Source of the DNA: Bacteroidales bacterium
GTDB lineage: Bacteria; Bacteroidota; Bacteroidia; Bacteroidales; WCHB1-69
Assembly (NCBI GenBank): GCA_017549765.1
Contig: JAFYNM010000009.1
Location: 8,390 to 72,389 of the forward strand
DNA length: 64,000 bases
Reading direction: 5' to 3'
Made by a program: the position numbers and the translations under genes. How positions within the stretch are numbered: the stretch's first letter is position 1; each line of letters starts with the position of its first letter. The notes beneath the pieces were generated by a model. That model was given only the letters and a program-made list of their open reading frames with translations, made no database searches and had not been told where the DNA came from. Positions 34,030 through 43,542 of the stretch are shown piece by piece.

Positions 34030-35925
34030 ATGAACTACCTTACCGTCGATAAAGTCTCCAAGTCGGTGGGCGAGAAGGAACTCTTCCACCAGATCACATT
34101 CGGTCTGGAGAAGGGACAGAAGAGTGCCCTCATCGCCCGCAACGGCACGGGGAAGAGCACGCTCCTCAACATCATCGCCGGATACGACACCCCTGACGAG
34201 GGCCAGGTGATCATCCGCAATGACATCACCGTCTCCTATCTGCCCCAGATGGACAGCTTCAACGAGGACGACTCGGTGATGGAGTGCCTCTTCAACGAGG
34301 AGACCCCCATCGTCACAGCGGTGAAGGAGTACGAGACCTGTGTGACGCTGCTGGAGCAGGGCCTTCACGACCGAGTGCCCCAAGCACGCATGGACAACGC
34401 CATCCTGGAGATGGACCGCCTCAACGCGTGGGACTATGAAGCGAAGATCAAGGAGATCCTGTCGAAGTTCGGAATCAACAATATCTTCAAGAATATCAAC
34501 GAATTGTCGGGCGGTCAGCGCAAGAAGACCGCCTTGGCCAAGACCTTGATAGCCGATACCGACCTGCTCATCCTGGACGAGCCCACCAACCATCTGGATG
34601 TGGAGATGATCGAGTGGCTGGAGGGCTACCTCTCCACCGCCAACATCACCCTGCTGATGGTCACCCACGACCGCGCCTTCCTGGACAACGTGTGCAGCGA
34701 CATCTTTGAGCTGAGCAACGGCAACCTGTACCACTACAAGGGCAAATACGACTATTACGTGGAAAAGAAGACCGAGCGGCTCGCCAACGAGTCGGCGGAA
34801 TACGAGCGGTTGCGCAACCTGTATCGCCGTGAGCTGGAGTGGGTGCACACCTCCCCGCAGGCGCGCACCACTAAGGCCCGCGCCCGCATCAACAACTTCG
34901 AGAAACTGCAGGAACAGGTCAACCGAAAGGTGGAGGCCGCCCCCGAAGCTTTCAAGGTACAGTCAGAACGCATCGGACATAAAATCTTGGAAATCAGTCA
35001 CCTCGACTTTGCCTACCCCGACCAGACCATCATCCGCGATTTCTCCTATATCTTCAAGAAAGGGGAAAAATGCGGCGTCGTGGGCAAGAACGGCACCGGC
35101 AAGAGCACCTTCCTGAAGATGATCATGGGCGAGGTGCGCCCCGACGGTGGCAAGATCACCCCGGGACTCACCATCCAGTTCGGCTACTTCTGCCAGAACG
35201 ACTTCACCTACCCCGGCAACAAGATCGTGCTGGAGCTGGTCAAGGAGCACGCGGAGTACATCCGCATGGACAACGGCAACTTCATCAGTGCCGCGCAGTT
35301 CCTGAACCATTTCGGCTTTCCCTTTAAACAGCAATACACCTACTACGAAGACCTCAGCGGTGGCGAGCGCCGCAAGCTGCATCTGCTCATTACGCTGTTA
35401 AAAAATCCAAATTTCCTCATCCTCGACGAGCCCACCAACGACTTCGACATCGACACCCTCAACCTGCTGGAGGACTTCCTCACCAACTTCGAGGGCTGCA
35501 TGATCATCGTCTCCCACGACCGCTGGCTCATGAACAAACTGGTGGACCATATCTTTGTGTTTGAGGGCAACGGGGAGATCAAAGACTACTACGGCAACTA
35601 CACCGAATACCGCCAGGCCAAGGACAAACAGCTGCGCATCCAAAAGCGGGCTGAGAAGCTGCTTAGGGAGCAGGAGGCGCCCGTCAAACCCATCCGCGTC
35701 GCCAACACCAACAAACTGACCTACAAGGAGAAAAGAGAGATGGAGACGCTGGAACAGGAGATTGCCGGACTGGAGCAGGAGAAGGCCGACATCGAAGCCA
35801 AGATGAGCGCGGGGCAAGGCAGCGCCGACGACTTCGCCGCCTGGGGCAAACGATATGCCGAGATCAGCCCGATGATCGAGGAAAAAACCATGCGATGGCT
35901 GGAGTTGTCGGAGAAAGAAGGATAA
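34030..35925 (+). CDS. ABC-F family ATPase (Uup/EttA-like, no transmembrane domain)
   Basis: Two Walker A motifs (ARNGTGKST, GKNGTGKST) and two signatures (LSGGQRKK, LSGGERRK), plus a C-terminal coiled coil. The start is chosen at MNYLTVDKV because the track start 33991 lies inside the repeat array. Confidence 0.88.
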   Translation: MNYLTVDKVSKSVGEKELFHQITFGLEKGQKSALIARNGTGKSTLLNIIAGYDTPDEGQVIIRNDITVSYLPQMDSFNEDDSVMECLFNEETPIVTAVKEYETCVTLLEQGLHDRVPQARMDNAILEMDRLNAWDYEAKIKEILSKFGINNIFKNINELSGGQRKKTALAKTLIADTDLLILDEPTNHLDVEMIEWLEGYLSTANITLLMVTHDRAFLDNVCSDIFELSNGNLYHYKGKYDYYVEKKTERLANESAEYERLRNLYRRELEWVHTSPQARTTKARARINNFEKLQEQVNRKVEAAPEAFKVQSERIGHKILEISHLDFAYPDQTIIRDFSYIFKKGEKCGVVGKNGTGKSTFLKMIMGEVRPDGGKITPGLTIQFGYFCQNDFTYPGNKIVLELVKEHAEYIRMDNGNFISAAQFLNHFGFPFKQQYTYYEDLSGGERRKLHLLITLLKNPNFLILDEPTNDFDIDTLNLLEDFLTNFEGCMIIVSHDRWLMNKLVDHIFVFEGNGEIKDYYGNYTEYRQAKDKQLRIQKRAEKLLREQEAPVKPIRVANTNKLTYKEKREMETLEQEIAGLEQEKADIEAKMSAGQGSADDFAAWGKRYAEISPMIEEKTMRWLELSEKEG

Positions 35926-35933
35926 AAAAATAG

Positions 35934-35941
35934 TATCTTTG
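35934..35941 (+). promoter_or_regulatory. -7 box TATCTTTG for rsmE
   Basis: Matches TAnnTTTG, 38 nt upstream of the ATG at 35979. Confidence 0.55.
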
Positions 35942-35978
35942 CGGCTTGTAAAGCATTCTGAAAAAAGAGAATTGAGCC

Positions 35979-36701
35979 ATGCATTATTTCTACGCCCCGG
36001 ACATATCCCAACCTTTTGTCACGTTAAGTAACGAGGAATCAGAGCACTGCGTGCGGGTGATGCGCCACCGCGAGGGCGATGTCGTGCGGGTGACTGACGG
36101 GTGTGGCCACTTGGCAGAGGCCGTCATCACGGACGCCCACCCTAAAAGATGCCAGCTGGAAATACGACAGCAGATAACAGAAAACCTCCTCACACACAAC
36201 GGATTACACTTGGCTATCGCGCCCACCAAAAACGCCGACCGCATGGAGTGGCTGTTAGAGAAAGCCGTCGAAATCGGCATCTGCTCGCTGACGTTCCTGC
36301 AGTGCGACCATTCCGAACGCACCCACCTCAACCTGGAAAGAATGCAACGGCTGGCGGTGGCCGCCCTTAAGCAGTCGCAGACCACCTGGCTGCCCCCGCT
36401 GCGCCTGATGTCCTTTGCGGAGTTCCTGATACAACACCAAGACACCCCGGCAGACCGCTTCATCGCATGGTGCGATGACGACAACACACGTCAACTCGCC
36501 GACGAACCCTTCCACCATCCCGATGTCATCCTGCTCATAGGACCGGAGGGCGATTTCAGCCAAGAGGAGATCGCCAAAGCCCGAGAGGCTGGCTTTGTGG
36601 AAGTCAAGCTCGGCAACCGCCGCCTGCGCACCGAGACCGCCGGACTATATGGCTGTCTGGCAGTTGCTGTCCGTGAATCCCTTTCCAAATCCCATAACTG
36701 A
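35979..36701 (+). CDS. rsmE: 16S rRNA (uracil1498-N3)-methyltransferase
   Basis: MHYFYAP...EESEHCVRVMR and LIGPEGDFS..E SPOUT-knot motifs. 240 aa. Confidence 0.85.
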   Translation: MHYFYAPDISQPFVTLSNEESEHCVRVMRHREGDVVRVTDGCGHLAEAVITDAHPKRCQLEIRQQITENLLTHNGLHLAIAPTKNADRMEWLLEKAVEIGICSLTFLQCDHSERTHLNLERMQRLAVAALKQSQTTWLPPLRLMSFAEFLIQHQDTPADRFIAWCDDDNTRQLADEPFHHPDVILLIGPEGDFSQEEIAKAREAGFVEVKLGNRRLRTETAGLYGCLAVAVRESLSKSHN

Positions 36702-36721
36702 TTATTTTAAAATCTAAAAAT

Positions 36722-37519
36722 ATGAAAAAAATAGCATTATTAGTAACCTTGATAGGCCTTCTGACGGTAGTTCAAGCCCAGGAAGAGGTACAACGGGCAC
36801 AGCTGTCGGCACGCATCGGCCTCAGCGGCACCACCATGCTGATCCCCAACAGCACCATCACCAGCTTGACATCCTTTGGGTATTATTCCACCCAAAAGCT
36901 TAAGTTGGGTGTGACGGGCGGCTTGATTGTGGATATCCATCTGAAAAACAAATGGTTTCTGCAGTCTGGGGTGATGTACGGATGGCAACGGCTGCATCAA
37001 GTGCAGAATTCTGTTTTCACCGATGCTGAAAACTACCATTTTTCCATCGCTTCAGAAAACCTCTACAAGATGCATCGATTGAAAATTCCTGTGATGATCT
37101 ATTATCACACCTCCCTGTCCGACAATCATTTTCTGGTGGGCGCCGGTCTCTTTGCCGATGTGGCCCTCGGCGGCAAGATTGTGTATGACGCTTCTGCCGT
37201 TGTCCAAGATCCTGATAACAATACCACTAACTATGTTGCTTCCGGTCAATTCGACCCTTTTTTGAAAGACACTAAATATCTATACTACAGTATCGCCGGC
37301 GACAACTACACCGATAAATATCGTCTGTATCGCGGCAATATCCTGCAACGGTTCAATTTTGGCATCGCTGCAGAGGCTGGCTATCAAGTCTCCAAATTTT
37401 ATGTGGGCGTGCATGCTGATTTCGGTCTGTTGAATATGATGAACAAGGAATATGGTGGTGACAACTATAAAGAGCGTCTCTTCAGTTTCCAAGTGATGCT
37501 TGGTTATAAAATCAACTGA
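36722..37519 (+). CDS. outer-membrane beta-barrel protein (porin-like, OMP_b-brl family)
   Basis: Signal peptide ending VQAQ, an alternating amphipathic strand pattern, and a C-terminal aromatic LGYKIN. Confidence 0.65.
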   Translation: MKKIALLVTLIGLLTVVQAQEEVQRAQLSARIGLSGTTMLIPNSTITSLTSFGYYSTQKLKLGVTGGLIVDIHLKNKWFLQSGVMYGWQRLHQVQNSVFTDAENYHFSIASENLYKMHRLKIPVMIYYHTSLSDNHFLVGAGLFADVALGGKIVYDASAVVQDPDNNTTNYVASGQFDPFLKDTKYLYYSIAGDNYTDKYRLYRGNILQRFNFGIAAEAGYQVSKFYVGVHADFGLLNMMNKEYGGDNYKERLFSFQVMLGYKIN

Positions 37520-37521
37520 TT

Positions 37522-38361
37522 ATGAAATACATAGGACCGCATGTCAGTGCTTCCGGTGGCGTGGAGAACGCCCCTTTGAATGCCAAGGCCGTGGGTGCCA
37601 CCGCCTTCGCCCTGTTCACCAAGAACCAACGGCAGTGGGTCTCCCCTCCCCTCTCCAGCAAGAGCATTGATCTATTCAAAGCCAACTGCGAAGAGGCTGG
37701 CATCACCCCTGACTATATCCTGCCCCACGACAGCTACCTCATCAACCTCGGCCAGCCCGATGACGCGCTGATCGGAAAGTCGCGCAACGCGTTCTTTGAC
37801 GAAATGAAACGCTGCGAGCAACTGGGTCTCAAGATGCTCAACTTCCATCCGGGCAGCCATCTCAACCAGATCTCTCTCGACCAATGCCTGAGCCGTATAG
37901 CCGAAAGCATCAATCTGGCGTTGGACAGAACGGAAGGGGTCACCGCGGTGATTGAAAACACCGCCGGACAAGGCTCCAATGTGGGCTTCAGCTTCGAGCA
38001 TATCGCCGTCATCATCGACAAGGTGGAGGACAAAAGCCGCGTGGGTGTCTGTATCGACACCTGCCATACCTACTCCGCCGGCTACGACCTGAAGACAGAA
38101 GAGGGCTATCAAAACACCTGGGCGGAATTCGACCGAACCATCGGTGCTAACTATCTGAGAGCCATACATCTTAACGATACCAAAAAAGAGTTGGCCTCTC
38201 GCGTGGACCGTCACGAGAGTATCGGTTTGGGTCTCCTCGGAATGCCCTTCTTTGAACGCTTCATGAAGGATCCCCGCTTCGACAACATGCCGCTTATTCT
38301 GGAGACACCCGATGAGTCCCGTTGGGCCGAGGAAATACAACTGCTGAAAGGGTTGCCATAA
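37522..38361 (+). CDS. nfo: deoxyribonuclease IV (endonuclease IV)
   Basis: MKYIGPHVS.., [15 protein letters not shown] and HLNDTK metal-binding motifs. Confidence 0.92.
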   Translation: MKYIGPHVSASGGVENAPLNAKAVGATAFALFTKNQRQWVSPPLSSKSIDLFKANCEEAGITPDYILPHDSYLINLGQPDDALIGKSRNAFFDEMKRCEQLGLKMLNFHPGSHLNQISLDQCLSRIAESINLALDRTEGVTAVIENTAGQGSNVGFSFEHIAVIIDKVEDKSRVGVCIDTCHTYSAGYDLKTEEGYQNTWAEFDRTIGANYLRAIHLNDTKKELASRVDRHESIGLGLLGMPFFERFMKDPRFDNMPLILETPDESRWAEEIQLLKGLP

Positions 38362-38398
38362 ATATCCTGCATTATTAATCATCTTAAAAAAATATAAT

Positions 38399-38938
38399 AT
38401 GTCTCAAATTTACGATTTTAAAGCACTCAACAACAAAGGAGAAGAAATAGCTTTAGCACAATTTAAAAACCAGGTGCTTATGATTGTCAATACCGCCAGC
38501 AAATGCGGGTTTACCCCACAATATGACGGCTTGCAAGCATTATATGAAAAATATAAAGACCGCGGACTGGTCATTTTAGGCTTCCCTTGCGACCAATTCA
38601 AGCATCAAGAACCCGGCAACGACGAGGAAATCGAACAATTCTGCAAAGTTAATTTCGGGGTCACCTTCCCCTTAATGAAAAAAGTGGATGTTTTTGGTGA
38701 GAATGCCCATCCTATTTTCCAATACCTTACCCAACAAGTCCCGGAAGAAGAGGTTTCCGGCTTGAAAAACAAAGCTACCATGAAGATGGTGGAAGCCTTG
38801 GCTACAGGTAGAAAGGAGGGGGACGTTCGCTGGAACTTCACCAAATTCCTCATCTCACGAGACGGAAGCCAAATAAAACGCTATGCTCCCGTTATCACAC
38901 CCGATGAGATAGAAAAAGACATAGAAGCTATGCTATAA
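38399..38938 (+). CDS. glutathione peroxidase family protein
   Basis: VNTASKCGFTPQY (catalytic Cys), FPCDQF and WNFTKFLI. Confidence 0.9.
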   Translation: MSQIYDFKALNNKGEEIALAQFKNQVLMIVNTASKCGFTPQYDGLQALYEKYKDRGLVILGFPCDQFKHQEPGNDEEIEQFCKVNFGVTFPLMKKVDVFGENAHPIFQYLTQQVPEEEVSGLKNKATMKMVEALATGRKEGDVRWNFTKFLISRDGSQIKRYAPVITPDEIEKDIEAML

Positions 38939-38943
38939 CGTCA

Positions 38944-38978
38944 TAAAAAAACCCTTACTTGTGTAAGGGTTTTTATTT
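38944..38978. terminator. bidirectional intrinsic terminator between gpx and guaB
   Basis: The stem acccttac / gtaagggt is flanked by an A-run and a T-run. Confidence 0.75.
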
Positions 38979-38994
38979 TCTAAGACAAGGTTAG

Positions 38995-40485
<1,491 letters not shown>

Positions 40486-40495
40486 TTATTACGCG

Positions 40496-40503
40496 CAAAA
40501 ATA
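40496..40503 (-). promoter_or_regulatory. -7 box TATTTTTG for guaB
   Basis: The plus strand reads CAAAAATA, 23 nt upstream of the start at 40473. Confidence 0.55.
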
Positions 40504-40569
40504 GAAAAAATATCCAAGTGAAGAACAAAAATAGGATTTTTGGTGAAACTTCTTGATATTAAACAAAAT

Positions 40570-40608
40570 ACGACAGGAAACTCATGCTGCTTACGAGTTT
40601 CCTGTCGT
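40570..40608. other. perfect 14-bp stem hairpin (acgacaggaaactc / gagtttcctgtcgt, 11-nt loop)
   Basis: Read directly. It lies between the CANSDH terminator and the guaB promoter and is additional to the canonical terminator. Confidence 0.8.
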
Positions 40609-40640
40609 TTCTGTTATTTCCCGCTTAAAACATATCGCAT

Positions 40641-40677
40641 AAAAAAAGGTGCAAGTCTTATCCTAAAAACTTGCACC
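40641..40677 (-). terminator. intrinsic terminator of the carboxynorspermidine dehydrogenase gene
   Basis: The stem ggtgcaagt / acttgcacc is followed by T7 in the minus sense. Confidence 0.7.
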
Positions 40678-40701
40678 CTGTTGAATGTGTGAGGCATTTG
40701 T

Positions 40702-41907
40702 CTATTCGTGCGCATAGACGGGCAGCGGCTGGTCGATCTGCTCGTTCCAAGGCAGACCATAGCCTCCGATCTCCTTCATGAACGGATCCGGATCGAATTG
40801 CTCCACATTGAAGACGCCCTCACCCTTCCAGGTGCCAGTGAGGATCATCTTGGCACACAACATGGCCGGCACTCCCGTGGTGTAGGAAACCGCCTGCGCG
40901 CCAATCTCTTTGAAACAGGCAGCATGGTCGCAGTTGTTCCACACATAATAGGTGCGCTCTTTACCGTCTTTGATGCCACGGATCTGACATCCGATGGAGG
41001 TCTGGCCATGGTAGCCCTCTCCCAAGGAGGAAGGCTCCGGCAACACTGCCTTCAAGAACTGCAACGGCACAATGTCAATACCCTGATATTTGATGGGCTT
41101 GATGCTGGTCATGCCAATCTCCTGCAACACGTTGAGCACGGTGATGTACTTCTGGCCGAACGTCATCCAGAAACGGGCACGTTTGATGGTCGGATAGCTT
41201 CTCACCAACGACTCCAACTCTTCGTGATAGAGCAGGTAGGACTCGCGCTCGCCGATGTTGGGATAGTCCACCGGACGATGAATGGACATGGGGTCGATCT
41301 CCACCCACTGGCCATTTTCCCAGTATTTGCCACGCTGCGTGATCTCGCGGATGTTGATTTCGGGGTTGAAATTGGTGGCAAAAGCCTTGCCATGGTCGCC
41401 GGCGTTGCAATCGACGATATCCAAATAATGAATCTCGTCAAAGTAGTGCTTGGCAGCGTAAGCCGTGTAAATGCTGGTCACGCCCGGATCAAAACCGCAG
41501 CCTAACAAAGCCATGATGCCCGCCTCTTTGAAACGGTCTTGATAGGCCCACTGCCAGCTGTACTCGAATTTCGCCTTGTCGCGGGGCTCGTAATTGGCGG
41601 TGTCCATATAGTTGGTCTTGGTGGCTAAACAGGCATCCATCAGAGGCAGGTCTTGATAGGGCAATGCCACGTTGATCAATAGATCGGGACGATGCTTCTC
41701 TATCAATTTGATGGTCTCCGGCACATTGTCTGCGTCAACCTGATCCGTGATGATTCGATTCCCGCCTATTTCTGCGGCTATCTTGTCACACTTGGATTTT
41801 GTACGGGAAGCCAAAACTATTTCTGAAAACACCTCCGGCACGGAGGCACATTTGTGAGCCACCACGGCACCTACGCCACCGGCTCCGATAATCAATACTT
41901 TTGCCAT
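40702..41907 (-). CDS. saccharopine dehydrogenase-family enzyme, likely carboxynorspermidine dehydrogenase
   Basis: MAKVLIIGAGGVGAVVAHK Rossmann motif. 401 aa. The NVALPYQDLPLMDACL and GCGFDPGVT blocks are typical of CANSDH. Confidence 0.8.
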   Translation of the reverse strand: MAKVLIIGAGGVGAVVAHKCASVPEVFSEIVLASRTKSKCDKIAAEIGGNRIITDQVDADNVPETIKLIEKHRPDLLINVALPYQDLPLMDACLATKTNYMDTANYEPRDKAKFEYSWQWAYQDRFKEAGIMALLGCGFDPGVTSIYTAYAAKHYFDEIHYLDIVDCNAGDHGKAFATNFNPEINIREITQRGKYWENGQWVEIDPMSIHRPVDYPNIGERESYLLYHEELESLVRSYPTIKRARFWMTFGQKYITVLNVLQEIGMTSIKPIKYQGIDIVPLQFLKAVLPEPSSLGEGYHGQTSIGCQIRGIKDGKERTYYVWNNCDHAACFKEIGAQAVSYTTGVPAMLCAKMILTGTWKGEGVFNVEQFDPDPFMKEIGGYGLPWNEQIDQPLPVYAHE

Positions 41908-41943
41908 AATAAGATTGTGTTTTATTTTTCAAAAATTAAAATG

Positions 41944-41951
41944 CAAAACTA
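41944..41951 (-). promoter_or_regulatory. -7 box TAGTTTTG for the CANSDH gene
   Basis: The plus strand reads CAAAACTA, 37 nt upstream of the start at 41907. Confidence 0.5.
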
Positions 41952-42235
41952 CTCAAATTATTGGATTTTACATCCTCTCGGAGAAAAAAAATGAAGGGGC
42001 CTTTCAAAGGTCTTTTTTTTACCCTTTCGTTTCAAAAACTACATATTTGCCTACTTTTTTGACAAAAACGACTTCTCTTTTGATTTTTGGAAAAATCTTG
42101 TCAAAAATGTCAGAAATAAAACTCTTTTTGCTCATTTTCTTAGTAATTCCTTCATTTTCTCCTGTTACAGACCGATTTTGATTTATAATTAAATATTTCC
42201 TAAATTTATTTTTTTATTCACATAACTGCTGAAAT

Positions 42236-42997
42236 ATGAAAAACACCATCATCGCATCTGTATTAGTAAAGAAAGAAGAGACGGCAAATTTGCTAAAAGA
42301 TTTATTGTCAAAATTTTCGTGCTGTCAGAAGGTCTCTGTACTCTCGAATCTGGAAGAAGCGCTAGAATACCTGAACCAGGGTGAATGTACGCTGCTGTTC
42401 ATAGATGAAGATTATTTGAATGTGCTATACACTACGCACAAACCCGTGTTTATAGTCCCGATTTGCACGAAAATGAATATAAGTAAGATAAAAAAGCTGA
42501 TGAAAACGGGCTGTTTTGACATTCTGCTGCAAGATAATCTCACCGCCCAATTGAAGATTATTTTAGGGAAGATCATCAATATACACACACACTACTCTCC
42601 AGGATCGCATAACAGCGAAGTGGTTTCCGACCGGGAACTGGAATACAATGCCTCTATAGCCAGATTTATATTTACGGAAGAATCCATCTTTCTGCCACCC
42701 ACAAAACAAGAACCGGCAGTCAGAATTCTATTGAAAGAAATACTGTTCATAGAACTGATCGAAAACAAAATACATTTTATCATGGAAAATGGAGAGATTT
42801 ACGAACGGAGAAAATCGCTCAAATACTTCATCCAAAGACTTCCTGACAATATGTTTCAGAAGATAAACCAGAAAACAATAATCAATGTTCAAAATATCGA
42901 CCAGATAACCCGAGGTGATATCTGTAGAATAAAAGATTACTCATTCAAAATAACCCGTTCGTTTAAATCGAACTTGAAAAGCAAACTACCCCTATAA
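42236..42997 (+). CDS. orphan LytTR-family regulator with a degenerate receiver-like N-terminal domain
   Basis: The C-terminal LytTR is ILLKEILFIELIENKIHFIMENGEIYE...MFQKINQKTIINVQNI. The N-terminal CheY-like fold lacks the acidic pair (VLVKKEE) and the conserved Lys (ILLQD). No kinase gene is nearby. Confidence 0.7.
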   Translation: MKNTIIASVLVKKEETANLLKDLLSKFSCCQKVSVLSNLEEALEYLNQGECTLLFIDEDYLNVLYTTHKPVFIVPICTKMNISKIKKLMKTGCFDILLQDNLTAQLKIILGKIINIHTHYSPGSHNSEVVSDRELEYNASIARFIFTEESIFLPPTKQEPAVRILLKEILFIELIENKIHFIMENGEIYERRKSLKYFIQRLPDNMFQKINQKTIINVQNIDQITRGDICRIKDYSFKITRSFKSNLKSKLPL

Positions 42998-43066
42998 CCA
43001 TCTCACGCTTTTCGGGTGGCGTAAAATGATAAAAGAACAGATTGCACGGCACGACACAATTTTTAT

Positions 43067-43074
43067 TATTTTTG
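43067..43074 (+). promoter_or_regulatory. -7 box TATTTTTG for the tRNA gene
   Basis: Matches TAnnTTTG, 10 nt upstream of the mature tRNA 5' end. Confidence 0.55.
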
Positions 43075-43083
43075 CGGCCCGTT

Positions 43084-43155
43084 GGTCTTGTAGTTCAATG
43101 GATAGAACAAAGGTTTCCTAAACCTTAGATCTGGGTTCGATTCCCAGCGAGACTA
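43084..43155 (+). tRNA. tRNA-Arg (anticodon CCU)
   Basis: Folded by hand. Acceptor 7 bp with 2 G-U pairs. D stem gttc/gaac. Anticodon stem aaggt/acctt with loop ttCCTaa. T stem ctggg/cccag with loop ttcgatt. 72 nt, no encoded CCA. Confidence 0.85.
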
Positions 43156-43169
43156 CTTCAGTATTTTTT

Positions 43170-43393
43170 TGGAGATTATATACCTGATGGCACGCACTCC
43201 CCTTTCGCGGGTGGCATTCATGTCGGCTTGTTCTTTTGGCAACTTTTCTATCAAGAGAAAAGTTGAAGAATAACACCGTGTCTGTGGACGTCACTGGCCG
43301 AAAAGCACGGCTGCCTCCCTATACCAAAAATAATCAATTATCAAGAAGCAATAGCTAACAACCACAATAGTGCCATCAGGTATATAATCTCCA
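43170..43393. mobile_element. 224-bp element bounded by perfect 24-bp inverted repeats (TGGAGATTATATACCTGATGGCAC); MITE-like or invertible segment
   Basis: The left arm (43170-43193) equals the reverse complement of the right arm (43370-43393), checked base by base. The core is 176 bp with an internal 10-bp hairpin (caacttttct/agaaaagttg) and an internal minus-strand TATTTTTG box (43325-43332). The flanks ATTTTTTT / ATTATTTT resemble an 8-bp target duplication. Confidence 0.4.
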
Positions 43394-43542
43394 TTATTTT
43401 TGTTATCGCCTTGATAATCAAGATATGTTGTGAAAAAACGAGCCGTGAGGAACAAACGAGCAAAAAATGAAATGCGGGTCCTTTCTGCAAAATAAAGCTG
43501 AAATATCCAAAAATTTATATAAAGATATTGATATTCAAATAC

